Positions 40,554 through 50,368 of a stretch of DNA of 64,000 nucleotides are shown here, piece after piece. The stretch is from assembly GCA_963665765.1 (NCBI GenBank), contig OY762464.1, positions 2,601,958 to 2,665,957 on the forward strand, read 5' to 3'. Within the stretch, counting starts at the first letter, position 1, and each line of letters begins with the position of its first letter. The notes under the pieces are model-generated. The model was not told where the DNA came from, searched no databases, and was given only the letters and a program-made list of their open reading frames with translations. The stretch is from Acidimicrobiia bacterium. GTDB taxonomy: Bacteria; Actinomycetota; Acidimicrobiia; Spongiisociales; ZC4RG35. The translations under genes and the position numbers were made by a program.

Positions 40554-42566
40554 ATGCTACCGATGAGATCCCGGCACTATGACCGTCGATTATTGGAGGT
40601 CGGTCTCCGTCGGTTTCGCAGCTTTCCGGTGGTGGTGCTGGAGGGTCCCCGTACTGTGGGCAAGTCCACGCTGCTACGTGAGATTGCCCAACGCTTGTCT
40701 GCTGACATAGTTGACCTTGACGATCCTACTGTCAGGGACCAAGTCAAGGCGGATCCAAACCAGTACCTGGCTGGGCAGCGTCCGGTTCTTATAGACGAAT
40801 ACCTTCGCCTCCAACTCCTTGATCACATCAAGGCCCAACTGAACAGGGAGGGTTCTCCCGGTCAGTTCATACTGACCGGATCAGCCGGCCGCCAGGCAAA
40901 CCGGAAAGAGCTGAAGGCACTGGTTGGTCGGTTGTCCGAAATAGAAGTCCTCCCACTTTCCCAGATGGAGATAGAAGGTTTGGGGGAGAACTTTGTCGTG
41001 TCGGTATTCGGGGGCATGGAGGGTGTGATGTCCTGGGGTCGTTCCCGAACGACCCGCGAAGATTACGTCGAAAGAGTGTTGGCCGGTGGGTTTCCCCGTG
41101 TTCTGTTGAACGAGGACACTGCCGACCGTTTCCGGATCTTCAACAACTACATCGAACAGTCCCTTAGTTACGGGCTCGCCGCTGTCCGGAACGTACGTCA
41201 GCCCGAGGATGTGCAGAGGCTGTTGTTCCGGTTAGGGGCGCAGACAGGGCAGCTTCTCAACATTGCCAAGGCTGCTCGGGACATCGGGATTGCCGAGCGA
41301 ACCGCTGAGAACCACACCCGCCTGCTGGAGTGGCTCTTTTTCATCTTTCGTCTACCTGCCTGGAAGAAGACGGACAGAGGTCCTGTGGCACGACCAAAGT
41401 TGCATCTGGTCGATTCGGGTGTGGGCGGGCGCCTCCTTCGACTTACATCCGAGAGGGTTATGAGCCCTGATCCCTTGTTCCAATCCTTATTCGGAAACCT
41501 GGTCGAAACGTTCGTGGTGGGCGAGATTCGCAAGGCAATCGGATGGCTGAACGAACCATATCAGTTGGGGTACTGGCGGACGCGTCAGGGTATTGAGGTA
41601 GACCTCGTGGTGGAACGCCTTGACGATCAGGCAGTGGTCGGCATGGAGGTCAAATCGGCCTCTGGATTGTCAAGGGACGATTGGAAAGGTCTTGTCCGTC
41701 TGCGCACGGAGCTAGGGAGTCGCTTCCATGCCGGGATCGTGTTCTACACCGGAGACATGCCTTATGAAATAGATGAACGAATCTACGCTGTGCCGATCGA
41801 TAAGCTGTGGCGCGGTGAGCCCGAGACCCCCGATCGACCGCAGGCTATGGCCCCGAGCATATTGACTGCCGACGGTGACCCCCTCTCTCCGACAGTGCGG
41901 GCGGCAGCCGATGAGATGCTGGAGAGGCTGGCATTCGGTGGGGCTGCATGGTGGGAGCTGGCGATCGTCCCCTCGTCGAATGTGTCCTTCAGTGACTTCT
42001 ATTCGTCAGAAGGGGTAATGGGCGAGCTGGCCAAGGTGGTAGAGAACTCCCTTCGACTCGATCGTGGATACGGGCTGGGTAATGGCATTGACTTTCAACC
42101 AGTGGGACAATGTGTTTCTCTGATCGAAGAAGGCACTCGCGGCGTCCTCATTGACCCTCTCGGAACGATGGTGGCCATAGCAGGAAGCACCTTCTTTCGG
42201 GATCCCCGCTACCAACACAGCAGTTCGGTGACGTTTGTCGATCACTTGGCGTTGGGGGAGTGGGCGCTGGAGTTTGCTCGATTCTCCTATCGCGTCTTGT
42301 TACCCCAAGGGCAGGGATTGTCTTGGACCTTTTGGTCACGGGGCCGGTCTCTAAGGGAGGGACAACCACCACTGCAAATCCGGCCCCTCAATAGACAGGC
42401 GGTGGTGGATAACCCTCCCCATCGCGGGATCCCTCTGACGGGCGATCCGGAGGTCGATGCTTTCTATTTGATTTCCTCCTTTTATGAATGGTTCGGGATC
42501 CCGGCTGCAACCCTTGCCGAAGCGAAAGAAAACCGTGTCTCGGCCGAGGAAATCCTAAGGGCATGA
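40554..42566 (+). CDS. AAA_14/DUF4143-family ATPase with an uncharacterised ~250-aa C-terminal extension
   Basis: Walker A VVLEGPRTVGKSTLL, Walker B PVLIDEYLRL, DUF4143-like region YWRTRQGIEVDLVVE...GMEVKSASGL. Typical family members are ~400 aa; this ORF is 670 aa. Confidence 0.7.
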   Translation: MLPMRSRHYDRRLLEVGLRRFRSFPVVVLEGPRTVGKSTLLREIAQRLSADIVDLDDPTVRDQVKADPNQYLAGQRPVLIDEYLRLQLLDHIKAQLNREGSPGQFILTGSAGRQANRKELKALVGRLSEIEVLPLSQMEIEGLGENFVVSVFGGMEGVMSWGRSRTTREDYVERVLAGGFPRVLLNEDTADRFRIFNNYIEQSLSYGLAAVRNVRQPEDVQRLLFRLGAQTGQLLNIAKAARDIGIAERTAENHTRLLEWLFFIFRLPAWKKTDRGPVARPKLHLVDSGVGGRLLRLTSERVMSPDPLFQSLFGNLVETFVVGEIRKAIGWLNEPYQLGYWRTRQGIEVDLVVERLDDQAVVGMEVKSASGLSRDDWKGLVRLRTELGSRFHAGIVFYTGDMPYEIDERIYAVPIDKLWRGEPETPDRPQAMAPSILTADGDPLSPTVRAAADEMLERLAFGGAAWWELAIVPSSNVSFSDFYSSEGVMGELAKVVENSLRLDRGYGLGNGIDFQPVGQCVSLIEEGTRGVLIDPLGTMVAIAGSTFFRDPRYQHSSSVTFVDHLALGEWALEFARFSYRVLLPQGQGLSWTFWSRGRSLREGQPPLQIRPLNRQAVVDNPPHRGIPLTGDPEVDAFYLISSFYEWFGIPAATLAEAKENRVSAEEILRA

Positions 42567-42991
42567 GAACACCCAATCTCCACGACGAAACCGCTCGGCG
42601 GTTTGGGCGAAAGGCCTCCCCAAGGCGAGCCCCCGCCACCATTGACATCAGGGAGTCAGGAGTCACTGGACCGGGGGTACCCCCCACAGCGTGAACAGGC
42701 CCCAGTAGGCAATAGGGTTCGTGAAAAATAGAGTGGTCGCCCGGTTGACTTTGTCACAGCGAAGATACATATTGATGGAGTCGAACACCTCTCCCGGCCC
42801 GATCCGACGTCGTTGGGGCCGGCCCAGAGGTCACAATTCTTGGGATCGCGAAATCCCGCTTGGTAGCGCGGATCCGCGTCTCACACCCCGCCGACCACGA
42901 AAACCGCTACCGTCAACCACCCGAACAAACAACCGATTACTCAAACTTATCGGCACACCCCTCGTCGAGTAGGATGTCCGCAAAAATGGTA

Positions 42992-43015
42992 CTGGTTTAG
43001 GTTGACCTAAACCAG
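42992..43015 (-). terminator. Intrinsic terminator-like hairpin (CTGGTTTAGG-ttga-CCTAAACCAG) followed by a U-run on the minus strand
   Basis: 10-bp perfect stem, 4-nt loop, 15 bp past the stop of the minus-strand protease gene. Plus-strand CAAAAAT at 42981-42987 gives UUUUU after the stem on the minus strand. Confidence 0.55.
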
Positions 43016-43029
43016 ATCACCAGTCTGAC

Positions 43030-43986
43030 TTAGTTCGTTGGTGGCGGATTGGGGGAGTCAGCGATCGGCGGCATCACTGGTGTCTGGTGAAGGATAAAAG
43101 CCTTACCTTCGTGATTCTCGATGATCTTTATCGCGTTTGTGCCACTGAGGGTGTGCATAGTCGTGTGGTGAATGCTTAGAACGACATCTTGGAGTTCGTT
43201 GTCGTCTTCAAGACGTTCGACAACGATGCCCTTGTTTCCTGCCTGCTCTCGGTTGATTCCTTGCGAATGGGAGAGGTGAGTATTGAAATCGTTGAACCAC
43301 TCAGCGGCTTTCTTCGCCTTTTCCTGGTCGTCTTTGAGCATCCACGTTGATAACCATCGTTCCACAAGAGACTCGGCCAATTGTTGGTGAGCCTCACATT
43401 CAGCAAGGAGAGAAGTTCCGTATTGTCCCAGAATGGGAGTCCACACGGCGAGGGCTGAAATGTCCTTTTTGATTTCTTCCTGTGCCCTCGCGAATTGTTG
43501 AAAAATGGCTTGGGTTGGTACGTAACGTATTATGCCGCCGGATTGTTGAGGGATCTGCGGATCAGTTGGCCCCAGTTGGGAGTGCTCTCCCATAACGATC
43601 TTGTCGCACCCCAATGCCAACATGGTGCCAGCCGACATGGAAGCAATCGGCACAAATGCCCGGATCTCTCCAGTGAATTTGGCTCTCAGGTACTCGACGA
43701 TCCGGCAGGCTGTCTCTGCTTCGCCTCCTGGCAAGTGCAATATCAGATCAATACCCCTATCGTACTCCAATCCCCTGACGGTCTCCATGAATCCTTGGAT
43801 GTCTGCAAGTGTGATCGCAGTTTGGGGGTCGGGGTTTTGTAACCACGCGCTGTAATAGATAATGACAGGTCGTTTAGTAAGGCGATACAAATTGCTGAGG
43901 TATTTACGACGCACGCCGTCAAAATCTGGGCTTTGTCCTGGATCCGATTCGTTGAGTTCGTTAAGAATCTCACCCCAAGAAGGCAT
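43030..43986 (-). CDS. SDH/S49-family ClpP-fold serine protease (serine dehydrogenase proteinase-like)
   Basis: LILHLPGGEAETACRIVEYL...IASMSAGTMLALGCDKIVMGEHSQLGPTDPQI matches the S49/SDH ClpP-like pattern. GC ~50%. Confidence 0.65.
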   Translation of the reverse strand: MPSWGEILNELNESDPGQSPDFDGVRRKYLSNLYRLTKRPVIIYYSAWLQNPDPQTAITLADIQGFMETVRGLEYDRGIDLILHLPGGEAETACRIVEYLRAKFTGEIRAFVPIASMSAGTMLALGCDKIVMGEHSQLGPTDPQIPQQSGGIIRYVPTQAIFQQFARAQEEIKKDISALAVWTPILGQYGTSLLAECEAHQQLAESLVERWLSTWMLKDDQEKAKKAAEWFNDFNTHLSHSQGINREQAGNKGIVVERLEDDNELQDVVLSIHHTTMHTLSGTNAIKIIENHEGKAFILHQTPVMPPIADSPNPPPTN

Positions 43987-43989
43987 GCT

Positions 43990-44400
43990 TCAGCGGACGG
44001 GGTTGGCGTCGGTGGCGTAGCTGGTCACCATTATGGCGGGAGCAGGAAGTCTTTCAGGCACGGTTTTCCTAATACGCTTCCAGAAAGTCATAACCTCAGC
44101 CACTCCTGGTTCCTTTAGAGCCCTTTCAAGCAAATGCTCATGCTCTCTCTGCGTCTCATTCAGATTCGGGACAGTTTCTCTTCCTGAGCTCTCCTCTCCG
44201 TGTTGTTGCGCACGCGAGACGGTTGTCGGTGCCATGGATCGTCCTTTCGAAGTGTTACATCCTACACCAGAGTATATGTACGGGGCTGGGACGTTCGCGG
44301 TGAGGCAGGGGTCATTGTTCGTATTGCCAACTGTGCTCGGGACAAACTGAACCGCTACTCGAAGAATGGGGTCGGCTTCCTCTAAGCGGGGTTCGACCAT
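43990..44400 (-). CDS. Hypothetical protein co-transcribed upstream of the SDH protease
   Basis: 136-aa ORF, 3 bp before the protease start, same low GC. No recognisable domain. Confidence 0.35.
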   Translation of the reverse strand: MVEPRLEEADPILRVAVQFVPSTVGNTNNDPCLTANVPAPYIYSGVGCNTSKGRSMAPTTVSRAQQHGEESSGRETVPNLNETQREHEHLLERALKEPGVAEVMTFWKRIRKTVPERLPAPAIMVTSYATDANPVR

Positions 44401-44625
44401 GAGACACCTCTCTGGTTGGGGGAGTTCGGGGCTAAGCCCCTAGGTGGCTGCTGATCTATGTGGAATTCCACGTCGAAATAGCGTCTTTTTTCACAATCCG
44501 CTACTACCAAATGCCTGCCAGTGCGCTCTCTTGGCACAATCAACCCGTATCGTCTGCCAGGGTGTGTGGCGGGCCGGGTGAGATCGAGACCCCCCAACCT
44601 GCCGGAGGGGCGGATCGGCGGACGG

Positions 44626-45330
44626 TTAGCGGAATAAGTCTTCCGACGCTCCGCGGATCAAATCGCCGGCGGTGCCTTCGCCTGCCGGGAGCGACAGGCC
44701 CCGGATGATCGCCACCGGGATTGACCGGGCCTTGCCCTTGACCAGATCGGCGGCGGCGGCGATCTCATCGGCCACCGCGATCTCGGTCACTTCCAAGATG
44801 CGGTTGTGATCGTCGGGCTTTCCCCGCAGGTCCGAAATTGGCTTGAATCCCGCCACCCCGATCGCCACGTCGGTCAATCCGCGGCGGAAGGGGCGCCCGA
44901 AGGTATCGGTGATCACCACCGCCGCCTCCACCCCGAAGCGCTGCATCAATCGGAAGCGAATCCGCCGGGCGGAACGGTCCGGGTCCAGAGGCAGGAGCAC
45001 CGCCCGGCAGGGACCCGCATTGGAGCGGTCCACTCCCGCATTGGCGCAGATAAACCCGTGCCTGGTCTCGGTGATCACCAGATCGCCTCTGCGCCGCAGG
45101 ATGGCGACCGTCTCGGCTTCCACCAGATGCCGATGGCTGTGGGGACCGTCATCTTCCAGTTCCACTATCCTGCCCTCCGCTTTGGAGACCACCTTGTGGG
45201 TGACCACCACTACATCGCCGGACTGCAGACCCATCTCCGAATCCGCCAGGGCGTCGCCCAGCAGGAGAGCCAGGTCATCCCCGGCGGCTATTTCCGGTAG
45301 CCCGGTGACCGGATGGATGGTGATCGTCAT
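44626..45330 (-). CDS. cofE: Coenzyme F420-0:L-glutamate ligase (stand-alone CofE, no nitroreductase-like FbiB C-domain)
   Basis: GDVVVVTHKVVSKAEGR...ICANAGVDRSN...VVITDTFGRPFRRG motifs. ATGA overlap with the cofD stop. Confidence 0.8.
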   Translation of the reverse strand: MTITIHPVTGLPEIAAGDDLALLLGDALADSEMGLQSGDVVVVTHKVVSKAEGRIVELEDDGPHSHRHLVEAETVAILRRRGDLVITETRHGFICANAGVDRSNAGPCRAVLLPLDPDRSARRIRFRLMQRFGVEAAVVITDTFGRPFRRGLTDVAIGVAGFKPISDLRGKPDDHNRILEVTEIAVADEIAAAADLVKGKARSIPVAIIRGLSLPAGEGTAGDLIRGASEDLFR

Positions 45331-46328
45331 ATCCGCTCCAATAGCCAGGTCGCCAGTCGGGCCGCGGCGGCCGGCTGGGCGATCCTGGTGTTGGTGGCCC
45401 ACCCTTCCAGGCCTATGTCTTTCAGAAGGGCGAGATCACCGGCGTCGCTTTGGTCCACCACCAGGCTCGAGAGTAGACCCTGGTAGGCGTGGGCAACTCC
45501 CGGGTTTCCCGCTGGCATGCCGAGCCCGGCCATCACTTCGGCGGCCGGGCCTTTCAGAGCCTGGCCGCCGAACAGGGGACTCACCGCGATCACCCGGGGG
45601 GCGGCTTCCAGGGCCGAGCGGATACCCGGAACCGCCAGGATCGGCCAGATGGATAGAGGAGGGTTGGAGGGGGCGATGATCACCGCCCGGGCGCCTTGAA
45701 TGGCTTCTACCACCCCGGGAGCGGGGCAAGTGAGATCCGCTCCGTCAAACCGGAGGCGGGTGATTTCATCCCGGTGCTGTCTTCGCACGAAATAGTCCTG
45801 AAAGTCGAGCCACTTTCCCGAGGCGGTGCGCAGCTTGGTGCGCAGCGGCTGATCGGTGACCGGAAGCACCTTGGCTCTCACCCCGAAGGCGGCGGCTATC
45901 TGGGCGGTAATCGAGCTGAGTGACTGACCTTCTCGAAGCTGCCGAGTCCGGAAGAGGTTGAGAGCCAGATCGGCGTCTCCCAGTTGAAAGGTGGTGTCTA
46001 CGGGAAACCGTGACAGGGCGGCCATCACCCGCCATGTTTCGCCGGCCCGTCCCCAACCTTGCGGCCCTTCCTCTTCGGCCAGTGTGTAGACCACCGTATC
46101 CAAATCGGGAGAGACGAAGACTCCGTACACCCAGTCGTCGTCTCCGGTGTTCACGACCACCGTGGTGTCGCATCCCTCGATCCGGGCGAATCCCCGCGCC
46201 AGCCGCGCTCCTCCCACTCCTCCGGATAGAAGCACCACTTGGGGATGGTCAGATGATGTATTCATATGGTGGATGGTTCTTCCTAGCATTGTCGCTTGTT
46301 GATGGAAAGCACAACTTCCTCTTCGCAA
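45327..46328 (-). CDS. cofD: 2-phospho-L-lactate transferase
   Basis: VVLLSGGVGGARLARG N-terminal glycine motif and CofD/UPF0052 layout. Confidence 0.85.
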   Translation of the reverse strand: MRRGSCAFHQQATMLGRTIHHMNTSSDHPQVVLLSGGVGGARLARGFARIEGCDTTVVVNTGDDDWVYGVFVSPDLDTVVYTLAEEEGPQGWGRAGETWRVMAALSRFPVDTTFQLGDADLALNLFRTRQLREGQSLSSITAQIAAAFGVRAKVLPVTDQPLRTKLRTASGKWLDFQDYFVRRQHRDEITRLRFDGADLTCPAPGVVEAIQGARAVIIAPSNPPLSIWPILAVPGIRSALEAAPRVIAVSPLFGGQALKGPAAEVMAGLGMPAGNPGVAHAYQGLLSSLVVDQSDAGDLALLKDIGLEGWATNTRIAQPAAAARLATWLLERI

Positions 46329-49067
46329 CCCGTCGTACGGACCGTTCGCACTCCGGGAATTGCGGTAGTGATAATGGCGGAAGGGGAGGAATTCCGCTCA
46401 GCGGTCGAAGGGGTGGGCGAACAGGATCCGGACACCTGGTTAATAGTGGTCGGCCCCGACTCGCGGTCCAAGCGGAGCGCCGAGGAGGCGGGTCTGACCC
46501 ACCGGTCGACCTTCGAGGAGGCGATCAAGGCGATCCCGGCCGACATTGACTATGTGTGGGTCCTGTCGGGCGGGGCCCGGCCGGAGCCGGGGGCGCTCAC
46601 TGCCTTGTGGCAGGTGGCTCTGAACCACCAGGCTTCCCTGGTGGGATCGAAGATACTGGCGACCGAGAACCGGGAGCGGCTTTTGTCGGTGGGAAGCGCC
46701 ACCGATCTGTTTGGGGTCTCTTCCTCGGGGTTGGACGAGTCGGAACTGGACTTCGCCCAGTACGACGTGATCCGCGAGGTTTCGAGTCTCTCCACCGTGT
46801 CCATGCTGGCCCGACGCCGGTTGTGGGCGGTGCTGGCCGGATTCGACGAATCCCTTCCTCCCATCTCGGCGGGTCTGGACTTTTGCCAGCGTGTCCGGTT
46901 GGCGGGAGGGAGGGTGGTGGTGGCGCCTTCCTCTCGGGTGCTGTATCCCTCCGATCGTTTTCCGCGCTCCGAAACCTGGAGAGAGCGGGCGGGGCGCATG
47001 CGGGCCATGTTCAAGGTCTACCGGCTGATGACCCTGATCTGGGCGATTCCCCTTGACATCGCTATCAATGTGCTGGAGGGAATGTACAGCCTGGTGCTGG
47101 GCAGACCGGGCCGTTTGGCCGGCTTCCTGGCCGCCCTGGTGTGGAGTTTCGGGAGACTTCCCTCCACCATCTCGGCTCGGATACGCACCCAAAAGACGCG
47201 GGGGGTCGGCGACGAGGATCTGTTCCGCTACCAGATGTCGGGTTCGGTGATCCTGCGGGACATGGGTTACGAGATCGGAGGGAGGATAGGGGAGGCCGGT
47301 CCCGGGGAGAAGATCTGGACCGCCGCCCTCTCCTCCCGGCTCAGGGGGGGCGCCCCGTTCGGTGTCCTTTTGGCTTTGCTCTACACGGCGGCGGCCTCTC
47401 GGAGTCTGTGGATCGGAGGGTTGCCCGCCGGCGGTTTTTCGTTCTCTCCCGGAGACGACCCGGTGGGGGTGTTGTCCGCCTACGCCGGGGGATGGAACGA
47501 CGTGGGGCTGGGAACCCCCCTTCCCCCCCATCCGGCGGCGGTTATGGCGTCCGGCGTCCATTGGCTGCTGCTGGAGTGGTCCGGATCTCAACTGCTCCTA
47601 ACCGCCCTGGCCCTCTGGGCGGGTCTGGTGGGATCGTCCCGGCTGTTCCGCAGTGCGGGTATCGCCGCCGGGCCGTCATACCTGGGAGCGGTGGTATATC
47701 TGCTGGGTTCCGCGTCCGCCATGGTGGTTTCGCAGGGTTATTGGCCGATGGTGGTCGCTCTGGGCGCCCTTCCCTGGCCGGTGGTGGCCGCGGTGCGACC
47801 GTGGCCAAACGGCCGACGGCACCGCATCGGAGATCTGGCCATGATCTGCCTGGCCACCGCGGTGCTGGCGGCGGCCGCTCCGGTGGCGGCGGCCGTTCCG
47901 GCGGTGGTGATCATTCTGGGGTGGATGGCGGGAGTGGGATGGTCTCTCTGGTCGATAGCCAGGGCGTTGATCGGGGGAGTGATCGGACTGTCGACGGTGG
48001 GCGCCTATCTGTGGGCCAATGCCTCAGATGTCTGGTCGAACGGTCCCTCGTGGTCGTTGCCGGTGGAATGGGTGGTCTGGGCGGTGGTGGGGGCGGCCGG
48101 CATCCTGGCTCTGCTGTTCGGCGGGGCTCGTCTGCGAAGCGCCGCCGGTTTGGGGCTGGCGTTGTCGGGCGTGGGTCTGTGGGTGGGACAGGCGCTTTCC
48201 TGGGAGGTGGCGGTGGGGGGAGCAGCGCTGGCGGCGGTGGGATCGGGAATGACGGCATCGGCGGCGGTGGGATCGGTGGGTCGCCAGAGTAAAGGGCTGA
48301 GGAGGCTGGGAGGAACGGCGGCGCTTTTGTGCGGGGTGGTGGTATTGGGGTTGGGAGCATCGGTGCTGGAAGGCGGAAGGGCGGGGCTTCCTGAGGATCA
48401 GTGGAGCGGCCGGCTGGACTTTGCCTCCAGTCTGTCCGATCCACGGGCGGGGAGCCGCATCTTGCTGATAGGTGCCGACGGCGCCCTGCCGGGAATGGAG
48501 AGACAGGGAGAGGGATACTCCTACCGATTGCTGAAGGCCGGACCTCCCACTCTGGAACAAGCCTGGCTGGCGCCCCGGGCAGTGGGCGATTTGGCGTTGG
48601 CCGACGTTCTGTCCAAGATGACCGCCTCGGGGACGCTGCGACCGGGCGAGTTGCTGGCGCCTTTCGGGGTGCGATGGGTGGTCGTGGACCAGGAAACCGG
48701 GTTCTCGGAGAACTTCACCGCCCAACTCGACCTCCGCATCCTGGCTGCCACGGAGGACACGGTGGTTTATGAAAACCTGATGGCTCGTCCGCGGTCGGAC
48801 GGCCCCTACGTGGGCGCCTGGGAGTCGGTGGGGCCCGCCCGGGTGCAGGGGCCCCAATTCCAAGGCAGGATCCGGATCGGAGACAATGCCCATTCCCGGT
48901 GGGATCCGGAATGGTCCCAGCATTCGTGGTGGAACACCATCTCCGGCACCCAGGGGACTGGTTATTTCACTCCGTACCCGATGGGGCGGGCGCTGGGTTG
49001 GTGGAGCGCGGTGGCGCTGATTGTCCTGACCGGTCTGGTCTGGTGGGGCCGGGGTGCTTTCCGATGA
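46296..49067 (+). CDS. Family-2 glycosyltransferase domain fused to a large polytopic membrane domain (923 aa)
   Basis: N-terminal GT-A-like region (VVIMAEG...YVWVLSGGARPEPGAL...). The rest holds >15 predicted TM helices rich in G/A/L/W. Confidence 0.6.
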   Translation: MLMESTTSSSQPVVRTVRTPGIAVVIMAEGEEFRSAVEGVGEQDPDTWLIVVGPDSRSKRSAEEAGLTHRSTFEEAIKAIPADIDYVWVLSGGARPEPGALTALWQVALNHQASLVGSKILATENRERLLSVGSATDLFGVSSSGLDESELDFAQYDVIREVSSLSTVSMLARRRLWAVLAGFDESLPPISAGLDFCQRVRLAGGRVVVAPSSRVLYPSDRFPRSETWRERAGRMRAMFKVYRLMTLIWAIPLDIAINVLEGMYSLVLGRPGRLAGFLAALVWSFGRLPSTISARIRTQKTRGVGDEDLFRYQMSGSVILRDMGYEIGGRIGEAGPGEKIWTAALSSRLRGGAPFGVLLALLYTAAASRSLWIGGLPAGGFSFSPGDDPVGVLSAYAGGWNDVGLGTPLPPHPAAVMASGVHWLLLEWSGSQLLLTALALWAGLVGSSRLFRSAGIAAGPSYLGAVVYLLGSASAMVVSQGYWPMVVALGALPWPVVAAVRPWPNGRRHRIGDLAMICLATAVLAAAAPVAAAVPAVVIILGWMAGVGWSLWSIARALIGGVIGLSTVGAYLWANASDVWSNGPSWSLPVEWVVWAVVGAAGILALLFGGARLRSAAGLGLALSGVGLWVGQALSWEVAVGGAALAAVGSGMTASAAVGSVGRQSKGLRRLGGTAALLCGVVVLGLGASVLEGGRAGLPEDQWSGRLDFASSLSDPRAGSRILLIGADGALPGMERQGEGYSYRLLKAGPPTLEQAWLAPRAVGDLALADVLSKMTASGTLRPGELLAPFGVRWVVVDQETGFSENFTAQLDLRILAATEDTVVYENLMARPRSDGPYVGAWESVGPARVQGPQFQGRIRIGDNAHSRWDPEWSQHSWWNTISGTQGTGYFTPYPMGRALGWWSAVALIVLTGLVWWGRGAFR

Positions 49068-50368
49068 GAGGGGTCTCGATCGGGGTATTGGGTGTGCTGG
49101 TGGGAGTTTTGACCTGGGCGGTCAACGCCGGAACCCCGACCACTTCTGCCGCCCCCCCGACCCGGTCGGACTCCGCCCGGGAGAGAGCCGATCATCTGAT
49201 CTGTCCCTTGGCCGAGTTCATCCGCTCCGATACCCAGATCGCGCTTTTGGCTGGGCGGGGAGGATCGGTGGACCTGCAGCGTGTGTCGGGAGGCGAGTGG
49301 TCGTCCTACCGGAAGGTCGACCTGGGAGATGCCGGAGGTTGGATCGGCGGCGTCCCGTCGGGTTCGGGTGTGCTGATGGCGGAGAGCGGCGCCGGATGGT
49401 CGGGAGCGGGGATGGTGAACACCGCTCCCGGGTCGAAATCCACCTGGATGTGCGGGGAGTCGTCTGACATGCTGATGGCTCTGGGTGGTTCCACCCTGGA
49501 GGAGGATCATCTCGATCTGATCCTCTACAACCCCTATATCTGGGACTCCACATCGCGGGTGGCGATCATCAGTGAGCTGGGCGAAGACACCCCGGCGGGG
49601 CTCCGGGAAGTCTATGTGCCGGCGGGGAAGACGGTGAAAGTGAGTCTGGACGAGCCGCTCCGGCTGCGCAGATTCTTGGGCGTCCACGTCGAATCCTCTC
49701 CCGGGAGGGTGGCGTTTTTGCTGCAGCAGGCCGGAAACCAGGAGACGGCGATCATCGAAGGAAGTATTCCCCATACCGAGTGGTGGCTGCCGATCCCCGA
49801 CCTGGAACAGACAGAAACCCACCTGCTGGTAGCGTCCCCATCCGACGCTCCCTCCTCCTACCGTCTGGATCTGATGACCGAAACGGGGCCTGTCTATGGT
49901 TTCGTAGAGGATGATTTGCTTCCCGGCCAACTGATTGCGGTCCCCCTCTCCGACCTGCCCGCCGACGTCACCGGAATACGGGTTTCGGGCACTGTGGGTT
50001 TGGTGGCCGCTTTACGGATGGAGTCCGATGGGCTGCTGGCGATCGGTCCCGGCGCCTCGGGGACTTCCCGACGTTGGTTCCTGCCGGGGGCGGGCGGCGA
50101 CGGGAAGAGCCGCAACCTGGCTTGGTTGCTCAATCCCTCGGTCCTGCCGGTTTCGGCCACGGTATCAGCCGTCGCCGAGGGCGCCTTTTCGCTCCAGATC
50201 ACCATCGCCCCCGAATCGGTGCTGGCCTTCGACCTGGACCTGCTCAGCGGGCTGGCGGAGAATCTCCCCGGTTACCTGGTGGAGGCTGAAGAGGAGATCG
50301 CCGTGGTACGGACCTCTCAAACAGAGGATGGCGCCGCTTCCTATTCGGCCGGCGCACCGGTGGATTGA
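49064..50368 (+). CDS. Secreted/exported hypothetical protein
   Basis: ATGA overlap with the preceding gene. Signal peptide MRGVSIGVLGVLVGVLTWAVNAG. No recognised catalytic motif. Confidence 0.5.
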   Translation: MRGVSIGVLGVLVGVLTWAVNAGTPTTSAAPPTRSDSARERADHLICPLAEFIRSDTQIALLAGRGGSVDLQRVSGGEWSSYRKVDLGDAGGWIGGVPSGSGVLMAESGAGWSGAGMVNTAPGSKSTWMCGESSDMLMALGGSTLEEDHLDLILYNPYIWDSTSRVAIISELGEDTPAGLREVYVPAGKTVKVSLDEPLRLRRFLGVHVESSPGRVAFLLQQAGNQETAIIEGSIPHTEWWLPIPDLEQTETHLLVASPSDAPSSYRLDLMTETGPVYGFVEDDLLPGQLIAVPLSDLPADVTGIRVSGTVGLVAALRMESDGLLAIGPGASGTSRRWFLPGAGGDGKSRNLAWLLNPSVLPVSATVSAVAEGAFSLQITIAPESVLAFDLDLLSGLAENLPGYLVEAEEEIAVVRTSQTEDGAASYSAGAPVD

